The position numbers and the translations under genes were made by a program. From assembly GCA_041649635.1 (NCBI GenBank), contig JBAZMV010000007.1:10900-74899 (forward strand): DNA of 64,000 bases, read 5' to 3'. Below the pieces are notes generated by a model. The model was not told the DNA's origin. It did no database searches and saw only the letters and a program-made list of their open reading frames with translations. The first letter of the stretch is position 1. Each line of letters starts with the position of its first letter. Origin of the DNA: Dehalococcoidia bacterium (GTDB lineage: Bacteria; Chloroflexota; Dehalococcoidia; E44-bin15). This document shows positions 25,941-35,531 of the stretch, one piece after another.

Positions 25941-27395
25941 TTATCCCCTCACCGGTCTTGCTTTCCAGTGGTAGTTATGGATACCGCGGTCATAGTACAG
26001 TTTTCTGAACACCATCTCCACAGGCATCCCGACTTCGACTTTCTCAGGATCGCGGTCCGTCAGATCGAACATGCCGCGGCCGCCGCCATCGAAGTCTAAA
26101 CATACCGGAGTTGCCGGCGGATCGATAACATCAGCCAGCAGGTCAAGCGAGTATGAGAATAGCTTAGCCTTCTTATCGGAGAACTTGTAATCTTCGAAAT
26201 TGTCCTTCGTCTGGCAATAGTAGCAAACGCGTATCGGGGTCATGCCGCCGATGCCGAACGGCAGCTGCCACATTACATGGCCGCAGGTAAGACACTTCTT
26301 ACCGTAGAGACACAGCACTTCTTTGCGACTGCGTTTCAGAGCCGTCAGCGACGCGAAAGGTATCTCCGGCCGTCTCGCGCGCTCGATGGTCACGATACCG
26401 CGCCAGCGCAGATAGCTGTAATACGGAAGCATCCTCTTCGAGGCCATATTAGACTTGATGCCGCGATGCGCTTTGGCCTTTTTCTTACCGATTGCCTCGG
26501 TGCATTCAATCAGGAACGCATCGGCACCGTTGCCGTACTGGGCGAGCAGAATCTTGTCGCCCGGTTTGGCATCCTCCAGTGCGGCAACCAGCATCATCAT
26601 GCCCATAGCGGCGCCGCAGGTGCCGACAGTCATGAAGAAGCAGTCCTGTACCTGACCGAAGCCGAAACCGCATTCTACCAGGACCTTACCGTGCCTTCTC
26701 ACGTCCATGGGCGAGTTGATAACGGCCTTTGTAATGTCCTTAGGCTCAAGCTTTGCTTTTTGCAAGAGTCCCTTGATCGCCTTCGGAAGCTGATCCGAAT
26801 ATCCTTCGTCAAGCACCTGGCGGTCCTCCCATGTGCGAACGTAATGATCGACATCAGCCCGCCATTCGCCTGCGTATTCGTCCGAAACAGTGTAGCTCTC
26901 TTTTATGATAGCGATCGGGTCTTTATCGCCCAGCAGCAAACAAGCGGAACCGTCGCCGTACATGGCCTCGCCCTGTCCCGCGGGAGCGCCCATGCGACAA
27001 TCGGATGCCACTACCAGCATGTTCTTTACCGAACCCGCCTTGACCGCATCAGCCGCCGCCATGAGAGCCGACGTGCCGGCCCTCAGCGAGTTGGTGAAGT
27101 CAGCGGTGCGGACAGCCTCCTTCATATCAAGTGCCGTAGCAATGATAGTGGAGCATTGCTTCTCTTTATACGGAGAGCAAGTGGTGCCTAAGAACAAGCC
27201 GTCGATCTTCTTGGGATCGGCACCGGCCAGGCAATCATTCGCTGCGTCCCAGGCCATAGTTACCGCATCCTCATCGTAGCTGGCAACCGCTTTCTCTCCG
27301 GGAATCGGGAATCCTCCCCATGCCTTGTAGAATTCCTCCCGACTCACTCGATGATACGGGATATAAGCGCCATATGAAATTATCCCTACCATCAA
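25941..27395 (-). CDS. HMG-CoA-synthase-like protein fused to DUF35 zinc-ribbon/OB-fold, paralogue of 6685-8106
   Basis: It has MMVGIISYGAYIPY and GTTCSPYKEKQ. The expected Cys position reads NSLRAGT. The C-terminus has CLTCGH...CYYC and ends like copy 1 (IHNYHWKARPVRG versus IHNYFWKCRPVRGE). Confidence 0.75.
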   Translation of the reverse strand: MMVGIISYGAYIPYHRVSREEFYKAWGGFPIPGEKAVASYDEDAVTMAWDAANDCLAGADPKKIDGLFLGTTCSPYKEKQCSTIIATALDMKEAVRTADFTNSLRAGTSALMAAADAVKAGSVKNMLVVASDCRMGAPAGQGEAMYGDGSACLLLGDKDPIAIIKESYTVSDEYAGEWRADVDHYVRTWEDRQVLDEGYSDQLPKAIKGLLQKAKLEPKDITKAVINSPMDVRRHGKVLVECGFGFGQVQDCFFMTVGTCGAAMGMMMLVAALEDAKPGDKILLAQYGNGADAFLIECTEAIGKKKAKAHRGIKSNMASKRMLPYYSYLRWRGIVTIERARRPEIPFASLTALKRSRKEVLCLYGKKCLTCGHVMWQLPFGIGGMTPIRVCYYCQTKDNFEDYKFSDKKAKLFSYSLDLLADVIDPPATPVCLDFDGGGRGMFDLTDRDPEKVEVGMPVEMVFRKLYYDRGIHNYHWKARPVRG

Positions 27396-27480
27396 TACAC
27401 CTCCTTTTTTATTTGACTAACAGCATATTTCAGTTTAAGAGGCATTTCGACCATGCCTGCATAAACACTGTGCCCAATTA

Positions 27481-27504
27481 TAAAAAAATCGGCCCTTAGC
27501 CGAT
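27481..27504 (-). terminator. intrinsic terminator after the CoA-transferase gene (minus strand)
   Basis: The minus strand reads ATCGGC-TAAGG-GCCGAT-TTTTTTTA. The hairpin includes the TAA stop of 27496-28668. Confidence 0.5.
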
Positions 27505-28668
27505 TACCTCCGCCTTGCGCAACTCCGCGATCTTCGCATCATCGTATCCAAGCTCGCGCATTATCTCATCGGTGTGCTCGCCGAACTTTGTGCTCCAATT
27601 CCGAACTTTCATCGGTGAATCCGACAGCTTATGCATCGAGCCGACCTGCTTCACCTTGCCGTGCACCGGATGGTCGCTTTCCATTATCATTTTACGCGCG
27701 ATGAGGTGCGGATCATTCTCCAGTTCCTCAACATCAAGTATGGGCGCTACACACGTATCCTTCTGCTTAAGGATGGACACCCACTCATCACGCGTCTTGG
27801 TCAGGAACTTCTTACGGAAGGCTTCAAACATCTCCTTGCGCTTCTCGCCCTCATCGAACTCGTACGGAATAAATTCATCTAATCCGAGCAACTGACAGAG
27901 ATTGCCGAAGAACCACGGTTCGAGCGCGCCGATGCTGATATACTTGCCGTCCTTGGTCTCATAAACGTTGTACCAGGGGAAATGCCCGGTGAACATGGTG
28001 TCACCGCGTTTAGGCGCACCGCTATGACTGAATATGTACGGGTTGATCTGCATGGACGTCAGCTCCACAACGGCATCCGTCATCGACATATCGATGTACT
28101 GGCCTTTACCAGTAACCCCCCTCGACACCAGAGCAGCCAGGATGCCGATCGCCGCCGACATACCGCCGGTGAAATCACCGATGACGGACCCCGGCAGCGC
28201 CGGCTTGCCGCCTGCCTGCCCTGTGAGTCCGAGCAAGCCGCTGTAAGATATATAATTGATATCATGCCCGACCATATCGCGATACGGCCCGTCCTGGCCG
28301 TAGCCGGACAACGAGGCGTAGACGATCTTAGGATTTATCTGCTTTAATGTTTCGTAATCGACACCGAGACGCTTGACTACGCCGGGCCTGAAACCTTCCA
28401 TGACCACATCGGCGGACTTTACCATGTCCCTGAAGACCTGTTTGCCGGTATCCGACTTAAGATCGAGTCCCATATTACGACAATTCCTCAAGCCGGGACG
28501 CGAGGAGTCGAAGAGCATCATTACCGGCCCGCCACGTTTCGCCGGATTGGCATCGAAAACCTTGATGATATCGGCGCCCAGATCTCCCAGCATAAACGAG
28601 CAGAAAGGGCCCGGGCCAAGCCATGCCAGATCGAGTATCTTTATACCTTCAAGCGCTTGAGGCGACAT
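27496..28668 (-). CDS. family III CoA-transferase (CaiB/BaiF/Frc type)
   Basis: 390 aa. It has ILDL....GP.C...L.DLGADIIKV, then NCRNM..DLK...G and the GD..GG region. Confidence 0.85.
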   Translation of the reverse strand: MSPQALEGIKILDLAWLGPGPFCSFMLGDLGADIIKVFDANPAKRGGPVMMLFDSSRPGLRNCRNMGLDLKSDTGKQVFRDMVKSADVVMEGFRPGVVKRLGVDYETLKQINPKIVYASLSGYGQDGPYRDMVGHDINYISYSGLLGLTGQAGGKPALPGSVIGDFTGGMSAAIGILAALVSRGVTGKGQYIDMSMTDAVVELTSMQINPYIFSHSGAPKRGDTMFTGHFPWYNVYETKDGKYISIGALEPWFFGNLCQLLGLDEFIPYEFDEGEKRKEMFEAFRKKFLTKTRDEWVSILKQKDTCVAPILDVEELENDPHLIARKMIMESDHPVHGKVKQVGSMHKLSDSPMKVRNWSTKFGEHTDEIMRELGYDDAKIAELRKAEVIG

Positions 28669-28708
28669 CGTAATTCCCCTTTAAAATTAAGCTAATCTGC
28701 CGAATATA

Positions 28709-29635
28709 CTATTTAGCTGTATTCAGCTTCTTTAATTCATCAAGATCAAGCGGGTCGCCTTTAGACGGGTCCCGCACCAGTTTAATAGCGCCGATCGGAC
28801 AAACATCCTCACAGACACCGCAGCCCATACACTTTTCCACATTAATCTCAGCTACCTGATCACCCAGCGTAATAGCGCTGAAACGGCAAGTGCCATCGCA
28901 GCTGCCACAACCGTTACAATCATCACTGACAGTGGCGATATAGCCCGAGGATGCGATTATAGGAACCATCCCGCCGAGCATGTTCCACATTTTTATCCCT
29001 AGGCAACAGCAGTCACAGCAGTTACATATTGCAAAGAACTTGTTTCCTACATCCTTTTTGAAATACGCGCAATGCACATCGCCGCGTTTGTGCGCATCCT
29101 CGATAACCTTAACCGCCTCCTCCTGCGTAATCTTGCGGAACAACGGATTCTTCTCTCCTATGAATGAAGCGAAAGGATCGCCGATGAAGAGACAAACATC
29201 CTGCTTCCCAGGGGGAAGGCATGGATTGGGCGAGGCCGCGCGGCAGGCGCATACCCCCACCGCTATCGACTCCGGGTTTTCCAGTACTATATCCCTTGCA
29301 ACTTTGTACGGAATAACCTGTTCTGGGGGGCATATATTCAACGGCTCTTTCTGAGTAACCAGCTTGACCGCGTCTTGAATTTTCACCACCTTACCGTGAT
29401 AAAAGCTGGTCTCCAATGAAAGAGCTGTTTCTGCGATGCGCTGAACACCGGCCTCAATCAACTCATCTATGCCGGCTTCCGGCAACTCGGTGCGATCCTT
29501 GGGAGCCTGCCCGGCTATTTTAATGGCGTGATAAAGAAAATCATCGATGTACTTCATGTAGACATAGGCTGAAAAGAAGTCACTTTTGTTCTCCATGGGA
29601 TAGGAATCGTAGAGGGCCTTTGTTACTGGATCCAT
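28709..29635 (-). CDS. Cys-rich Fe-S protein with C-terminal 2x[4Fe-4S] ferredoxin domain
   Basis: 308 aa. It has CNGCGSCDGTC and CMGCGVCEDVCP ferredoxin motifs. These are preceded by an unusual CNCCDCCC cluster and by VCACRAASPNPC. Confidence 0.65.
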   Translation of the reverse strand: MDPVTKALYDSYPMENKSDFFSAYVYMKYIDDFLYHAIKIAGQAPKDRTELPEAGIDELIEAGVQRIAETALSLETSFYHGKVVKIQDAVKLVTQKEPLNICPPEQVIPYKVARDIVLENPESIAVGVCACRAASPNPCLPPGKQDVCLFIGDPFASFIGEKNPLFRKITQEEAVKVIEDAHKRGDVHCAYFKKDVGNKFFAICNCCDCCCLGIKMWNMLGGMVPIIASSGYIATVSDDCNGCGSCDGTCRFSAITLGDQVAEINVEKCMGCGVCEDVCPIGAIKLVRDPSKGDPLDLDELKKLNTAK

Positions 29636-29655
29636 AATTTCCCCCTTTTCACAAA

Positions 29656-29685
29656 GATAACGGGGCGATTATCTTCCCCGTTATC
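29656..29685 (-). terminator. hairpin downstream of the SDR gene (minus strand), weak terminator candidate
   Basis: GATAACGGGG-(10 nt)-CCCCGTTATC. On the minus strand it is followed by TTTGTG. Confidence 0.35.
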
Positions 29686-29723
29686 CAGTTTACATTATTT
29701 TCTTCAATTTTCCAACGGTCTGC

Positions 29724-30740
29724 TTACTGCCGTTTCTTTTTCTTCTCCGCTTTCCGCCACTCAATATACTGCCGGCAGCCCTCCTCGATCGATATCTTGG
29801 GTTGCCATCCCAGCTCTTTCCGTGCTTTAGTGCTGTCGATATACATGCCATCCCTGACAAATTTAATGTCGGAACGCGTAAGGAACGGGGCATCCTCGGA
29901 TCTAATCAACCTCCCCCACATCTCCATAACCGCAGCCGAAGCGTACACAAGACCAAGCGGAATAACTATCTTTAATTCGGATTTCCCCGCAGCCTTAGCC
30001 ATAGCATTAACAAAATCACGATAGGTTACTACGCCCTCAGGTGAAATATTGTATATTTGCCCCCCGGCCTTTTCGTTTATCGCCGCCAGTATGACGCAAT
30101 CCGCAACATCGTGTACGTGTACTAATGCCGTCTTGGCCATAGCATTGCCCGGCAATACAGGGAACATCTTCACATAGCGATATATCCGGTCGGTAAGGAG
30201 TCTGCAGCGAGGGCCGTATACCATACAAGGCCTGACCACCGTAGCGTTTATCTTACCCTGCTTATGGTAATCAAGCACAGTTTGCTCTGCCCTGGCCTTT
30301 GCACAATCGTAGAACATCTCGCGGCTGGGCTTTTCGATATTCAGGTAAGGAGCGCTTTCATCCGCAGGTTTTTCAACACCTATTGCAGCATCACCCACAA
30401 CAGTGCCGGAACTGACGTAAACAAACTTCTTAACCCCTGCCGCAATGCTGGCATTAAGTATGTTCTCAGTTCCTTCAACGATACATGATTGAAAATCCTT
30501 CCACTGGCCCCACCCCGGCAAGACCCTGGCTGCAGCATGAATGACTACGTCCATGCCTTCGGCTGCAGCTACCAGACTATCGTAATCCTCCACATCACCG
30601 TAAACGATTTCGGCACTAGTTGTCTTCAGATGCTCTATGTTAGACGTCTTGCGCACCATGGCACGCACCTGATGTCCCTGCTGCGCCATTCGCTCGACAA
30701 GATGTCCGCCAAGCAATCCTGTTCCGCCTGTTATAAGCAC
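29724..30740 (-). CDS. extended-SDR NAD(P)-dependent oxidoreductase (epimerase/dehydratase / 3-beta-HSD / acyl-CoA-reductase-like)
   Basis: 338 aa. It has ITGGTGLLGGHL and a Y..AK catalytic pair (YDCAKARAE). Confidence 0.75.
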   Translation of the reverse strand: MLITGGTGLLGGHLVERMAQQGHQVRAMVRKTSNIEHLKTTSAEIVYGDVEDYDSLVAAAEGMDVVIHAAARVLPGWGQWKDFQSCIVEGTENILNASIAAGVKKFVYVSSGTVVGDAAIGVEKPADESAPYLNIEKPSREMFYDCAKARAEQTVLDYHKQGKINATVVRPCMVYGPRCRLLTDRIYRYVKMFPVLPGNAMAKTALVHVHDVADCVILAAINEKAGGQIYNISPEGVVTYRDFVNAMAKAAGKSELKIVIPLGLVYASAAVMEMWGRLIRSEDAPFLTRSDIKFVRDGMYIDSTKARKELGWQPKISIEEGCRQYIEWRKAEKKKKRQ

Positions 30741-30795
30741 TTTCGTAACGCCCTCCTAAACACAAGATTTGTTACTAAGCCTATAAATCACCATG

Positions 30796-32673
30796 CTATT
30801 GATAAAGCTTGCCCGCGAGATCACCAAGTCCCAGCCTGCTCAACGTCTCCTTAGTAGGACGCCCATCGGCAGCAAGCCCTCTAGCAGGATAGAATTCCTT
30901 TAACATCAGTTCCAGATTCGGCGCCGAGCCGGCTGCACCACCGTCAGTATTCGGAGTAAGTAACCGCTTGGGTAACATATCATCAGCAGCTGTAATACCC
31001 ATAAGATTGCATAATCCCCTCTTCATATGCCAGATCCGCTCTCCGCATTCCCTTATTTCCTTGAAAGCATAATCGAACCCTGTCACGGCATTTAAGATAC
31101 CGGCTATACTTTCTCCATTGAGCGTCTCAACCACCATATAGCAGATGGTCATTGCGTTATAGATAGCGCCCAAGTCCTGACCGTTCTTCACAATAATCGC
31201 CGCGCCCTCATTCTGCTTTGTGTTGACCCCGAAATTGATATCGACATCCGGCCAGGCAAAAATCCCTGTGCCGATACTGTAAGAGGGATCGCTGGTATGG
31301 CAGGCGCCTCTGGACCCCGTTGCATACGCAAGACCAAGCAGATAATTAGCCCTGGGATCGTGTGCGGGAACTTCCATGCCTTTTACTTCAATGGCAAATT
31401 CTGAAGCACCCTTCCCGATTTTCTCCGCAGCTCTCTTTGAACCTTCAGCCAGCAGATCACCAAAGCCCTGACGATTCGCGATCATTTCTATCACTTTGAC
31501 AACCGTTACATGATCTCCCCACTTGAACTCAACGCCTCCCGTATCTGCCGCAGTCAGGATGCCCTGTTCAAAACAGTCCATGACCATCGCTATAGTACTG
31601 CCACATGATATGACATCCATACCATAGTTATTACACAGATCATTCATCCTAATAACTGCAGCCATGTCCCCGATCATCAATGAGCTGCCCAATATAGCCG
31701 CCCCTTCATATTCAGGTCCCTCCGCTACTTCCCCCTGATAGGGCCCTTCAGGAATAGTCACATGCCGTTTACAGCCCACCATACAGCCATGGCATGAAGT
31801 GTTACCAATATAGAACGGCGGCCCGCTCAGTTTTCCTCCATCGATTTGCGAGGCAATAGCCATGTTATCGCCTTGAGCCCAGTTCTTCGCCGGCAGGTCT
31901 CCCATCATAGCGCTGATACCAAGAGCGGCGTTTGTGCCCTGCGCGCCGAGGACCTGACAGATAATGCTATCCTTCGCCTTTTGGAGGGCTTCTTTTCGCA
32001 ACTCGTTGAATTTCTCCTGATCGACTAAGCCTATCTTGCCGCTTCCGCGTACAACCACGGCCTTGAGCTTCTTAGATCCCATCACCGCACCCATGCCGCA
32101 TCTGCCGGCAAAATCCTTCTTGTCGTTGCAGACGCAGGCAAATCTGACGAGCTTCTCTCCGGCCACACCAATCGATAACACCTTAACCGGTTTTTTCGCT
32201 TCCTGCCGCTCATGCCGTTTCTTTAAAATATCATCTATTTCCTGCGTATTCTTGCCCCACAAATCCGAGGCATCTTTAATCTCGACTTTACCGTCTTCTA
32301 TTAATATATATACAGGCTTGTCCGAAGCTCCTTCAACTATAATGCCATCCCATCCGGCCTGTTTAAGTTCCGTTGCAAAAGTACCTCCGCTGTTGCTTTC
32401 CCCAAACATATTGGTGAGAGGCGACTTGGCACAGATTGAAAATCGAGCCCCGCCCGGCACGCTCAGTCCGCTTGTTGGCCCTGTTAATATGAAAAGGGTA
32501 TTTTGGGGAGATAGTGAATCGACCTTAGGATCAACCCTGTCGAACATAAGCTTTGCGCCTAACCCGCTGCCCCCGATAAATTTACGAATGATATCCTTGC
32601 TTACTGTGGAATTTGAAATAGAACCTTTACTGAGATCGATTTCCAGCATTTTACCCTCAAAACCTGCCATCAT
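30796..32673 (-). CDS. aldehyde:ferredoxin oxidoreductase (tungstopterin AOR family)
   Basis: 625 aa. The N-terminus has G..L.IDLS.G and GG.GLGAKL. It also has CHGCMVGCKR (Fe-S/pterin region), a GxD pattern, and AOR-length architecture. Confidence 0.88.
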   Translation of the reverse strand: MMAGFEGKMLEIDLSKGSISNSTVSKDIIRKFIGGSGLGAKLMFDRVDPKVDSLSPQNTLFILTGPTSGLSVPGGARFSICAKSPLTNMFGESNSGGTFATELKQAGWDGIIVEGASDKPVYILIEDGKVEIKDASDLWGKNTQEIDDILKKRHERQEAKKPVKVLSIGVAGEKLVRFACVCNDKKDFAGRCGMGAVMGSKKLKAVVVRGSGKIGLVDQEKFNELRKEALQKAKDSIICQVLGAQGTNAALGISAMMGDLPAKNWAQGDNMAIASQIDGGKLSGPPFYIGNTSCHGCMVGCKRHVTIPEGPYQGEVAEGPEYEGAAILGSSLMIGDMAAVIRMNDLCNNYGMDVISCGSTIAMVMDCFEQGILTAADTGGVEFKWGDHVTVVKVIEMIANRQGFGDLLAEGSKRAAEKIGKGASEFAIEVKGMEVPAHDPRANYLLGLAYATGSRGACHTSDPSYSIGTGIFAWPDVDINFGVNTKQNEGAAIIVKNGQDLGAIYNAMTICYMVVETLNGESIAGILNAVTGFDYAFKEIRECGERIWHMKRGLCNLMGITAADDMLPKRLLTPNTDGGAAGSAPNLELMLKEFYPARGLAADGRPTKETLSRLGLGDLAGKLYQ

Positions 32674-33149
32674 GCTCTCCTTTCATTTAAATGAAACTAC
32701 GTGAGGATCGAGACTTAATTCCGCTAGATGCCCTGCCAGAAAGCAAATATATCATCTATTTTTAGTTGATGTCAAGGCAAAAAATATATATTTCATAAAT
32801 AGTCTTTGATTTTAGAAATACGGCCCTTTTTCAATACAAATCACACTCAGACCATTACAAATGATTCCTGAATACATTTTGAATAACATTATCGACATTT
32901 ATGGATATAACGATAATCCACCAACCAGAACATAGTTTGAACAGTGAAGCGACTGGACTGTTGACTTTGGCATGAGAAAGTGGTAAAAATGCTTTCTGCG
33001 GCCACCATTTTTGATTATTCATATAATGTCCTAAGTTGTATATCTTTTGTGGATTAAAATAAGACTTGATTTTCATTTCTAGATGTGATACTTTTCCTCG
33101 CAGCGTGTCATAAAATAGGCAAATTTAAGCAGAATTAAAGGGAGGTTCT

Positions 33150-33572
33150 ATGGTAAAGTTTTTCACCAAGGAAATGTCAGACCAGACCGAGCAGATGATC
33201 AACACTGACGCCGCGATCAAGGCCAAGCTTAAAGGTGTAACCCTCAAATTCATCCTACTCGTAACCGATTGCCCCGGCAATGAAGATCGCCAAATGAAGA
33301 TAGGTTTCGATAACGGAAAACTAGTGGAAAATACCCTTGTTATCAAACCTGCCCCCAGTGATCTAAGAACTGAAACGCTTGACAAAGCATACGCAGCCAA
33401 AGTAGTCGGACCATATGAAGTAATGGTGCAAGTATCCACCAAGAAGCTGCCGATGCTTGCAGCCCTTGGCTCGATGCGCATAGAGGGTGATATGACAGCC
33501 TTGATAGCTAATATGACAGGTATGACCACCCTCTTGGACATCCAGGGCAGTCTGCCCGGTCTGGAGTTCTAG
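33150..33572 (+). CDS. SCP2 sterol/lipid-binding domain protein
   Basis: 140 aa with AGGGAGG upstream. The C-terminal block AALGSMRIEGDMTAL fits the SCP2 A..G.lk..Gd pattern. Confidence 0.6.
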   Translation: MVKFFTKEMSDQTEQMINTDAAIKAKLKGVTLKFILLVTDCPGNEDRQMKIGFDNGKLVENTLVIKPAPSDLRTETLDKAYAAKVVGPYEVMVQVSTKKLPMLAALGSMRIEGDMTALIANMTGMTTLLDIQGSLPGLEF

Positions 33573-33718
33573 GATATATGGAACGGAAGTCTTATAGCCG
33601 AAGATGCGCGCTTTAGCATCATCATCGTTAACGGGCAAAACATCGGCTGTACCGGGACAGGCCAAGGCAACTTAATAATGAATCAACCGACCTATAACAA
33701 TTAAGGAGGGATGAAATA

Positions 33719-35410
33719 ATGTCAACCGATATCAACACTAGAATATCAGGACCGTTTCAAGAGTTCCCGGATGTAAGCGAATGGGACGCCGTCATCATCG
33801 GCGGCGGACCCAACGGCCTTATCTGCGCCGCATACCTGGCCAAGGCGGGCATGAAGGTCTGCCTCGTCGAGCGCAGGTGGGAAGTCGGCGGCGGCCTCAG
33901 CACCGAAGAGATCCTTTTCCCATGCTACTACTCCAACGTGCATATCATATATCATATGATGGTCGACTACATGCCGGCCATCAAGGATTTCAATCTCGAT
34001 AAGCACGCCATCAGCTGGGTTAAACCAAACTCCCAGACCGCTATGGTCTTCGATGACGGCTCCTCTCTCCTGATGTCCAACATGGCTGCCGATACCAAGG
34101 ACTCAATGAGTAAATTCTCGCAGAAGGACTCCAATACCTACGGCCACATGATTCGTAAGTGGAACAAGATCACTAACGAGATCCTGGTCCCTTGCACCTA
34201 CCTGCCGGCCATCTCACCCATCGACTCGCAGATAATCCTGGAAAAAACCGAGGTCGGCAGTGAAATGCTCGAGATGATGGAGATGGCTCCGATCGATATC
34301 ATCAACGAGCACTTCGAGAACGACAAGATCCGCGCAATGCTCCTGTACATGACCTGCATGTGGGGCTGCGATCCCCGCGAGAGCGGCATGGGCTGGTATG
34401 TAGCCCTGCAGATGTCCCGGGGCATTAATAAGTGCTACTGCTACGGCAGCTCCCATAAGCTCGCCGGCGCCTTCGAGCGCGTTATAGTGGAAAACGGCGG
34501 CCTCGTCCTGGAAGCCGCCGCCGCCACCAAGATCATCATGGAAAACGGCAAGGCTGCCGGCATAGAACTGCAAGAAGGACGCACGCTCAAGGCCAAGGTC
34601 GTTATCTCCAGCCTCGACCCGCAGACCACCTTCCTCGACTTTGTCGGAGAGAAGAACCTGCCGGGAACGCTGGCTGAAGCCTTCAAGGGCTGGGTCTGGG
34701 ACAAGTGGAGCTTCCATACCCTGCACGTTGCTTCCATGCAGCCTCCCGTCTACAAGAAACTGGATAAGGACGGCAAGCCGGTCAGGGGCTATGACCCGTG
34801 GGTCAACGAAGCCTTTATGACGATCTTCGGCGTCGAGGGCGAAGACCAGTTGCTGGCGCACTGGGATAACGTGGTCGCAGGTAAGATCGACCTGAAGAAC
34901 TTCTGCGGACATGCCACTTGCGAAACCATCTTCGATCCCCACCTGACCAGATGGCCGGGCAGACACGTGTCTTTCTTCCAGATGCACGCCCCTTATAATA
35001 TCGAGGGCGGCTGGGCCAAGCGCGAGCCGGAACTCAACCAGGCCATACTCGATAAGTGGGAAAAGGTGGCTCCGGGCTTCACCAAGAACAATAATATACA
35101 AAAAACGAACGGAGAGACTCCGGAGGATATCGAAATACGCTTCCCGAACATGCGCAAGGGCTCCATTAAGCACGGAGACTATATCCCAACACAGATGCTT
35201 ACCAACCGCCCGCATCCGGATTGCTCGGCCCATAAGACCCCGATAGAAGGGCTCTACCTGTGCGGCGCCTCAGTCTACCCGGGAGGCACCCTGCTGGGCG
35301 GTCCGGGTTACCTCGCGGCCAACAGGGTAGCCGAGGACATGGGAGTTAAAAAATGGTGGAAGCCTACCGCTGAAATGGAGAAGTTTACTAAAACCTACCT
35401 TGAAAAGTAA
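33719..35410 (+). CDS. phytoene-desaturase-family (COG1233, CrtI/CtmAB-like) FAD-dependent oxidoreductase, copy 1
   Basis: 563 aa. It has [38 protein letters not shown]. The C-terminus LYLCGASVYPGG..GGPGY..A ends in KKWWKPT, as in copy 3. Confidence 0.8.
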   Translation: MSTDINTRISGPFQEFPDVSEWDAVIIGGGPNGLICAAYLAKAGMKVCLVERRWEVGGGLSTEEILFPCYYSNVHIIYHMMVDYMPAIKDFNLDKHAISWVKPNSQTAMVFDDGSSLLMSNMAADTKDSMSKFSQKDSNTYGHMIRKWNKITNEILVPCTYLPAISPIDSQIILEKTEVGSEMLEMMEMAPIDIINEHFENDKIRAMLLYMTCMWGCDPRESGMGWYVALQMSRGINKCYCYGSSHKLAGAFERVIVENGGLVLEAAAATKIIMENGKAAGIELQEGRTLKAKVVISSLDPQTTFLDFVGEKNLPGTLAEAFKGWVWDKWSFHTLHVASMQPPVYKKLDKDGKPVRGYDPWVNEAFMTIFGVEGEDQLLAHWDNVVAGKIDLKNFCGHATCETIFDPHLTRWPGRHVSFFQMHAPYNIEGGWAKREPELNQAILDKWEKVAPGFTKNNNIQKTNGETPEDIEIRFPNMRKGSIKHGDYIPTQMLTNRPHPDCSAHKTPIEGLYLCGASVYPGGTLLGGPGYLAANRVAEDMGVKKWWKPTAEMEKFTKTYLEK

Positions 35411-35434
35411 CCTTTTACAATACGAATAAACCAA

Positions 35435-35484
35435 GGGAGCCCGCAATGACTTTCAAAAATTATCCAATTGCGGGCTCCCATTTT
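35435..35484 (+). terminator. intrinsic terminator after SCP2/flavoprotein unit
   Basis: GGGAGCCCGCAAT-(19 nt)-ATTGCGGGCTCCC followed by ATTTT. Confidence 0.65.
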
Positions 35485-35531
35485 GCGGAAAAAAGTATTA
35501 AAATATATTCCGTCGCGGAAAAAAGTATTAA
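35485..35531. repeat. 17-nt perfect direct repeat (candidate operator)
   Basis: GCGGAAAAAAGTATTAA occurs at 35485-35501 and again at 35515-35531, 30 nt centre to centre. It is followed by the short inverted repeats attccgtc/gacggaat and cgtctt/aagacg. It lies about 110 nt upstream of the 12-gene operon. Confidence 0.6.

Noticed and set aside
32855-33076. The 73-aa minus-strand ORF in the AT-rich divergent region.
   Set aside because: It has no RBS, an odd W/N/K-rich composition and no motif, and it sits in probable promoter DNA. I kept it only as a remote possibility, or as a gene remnant.
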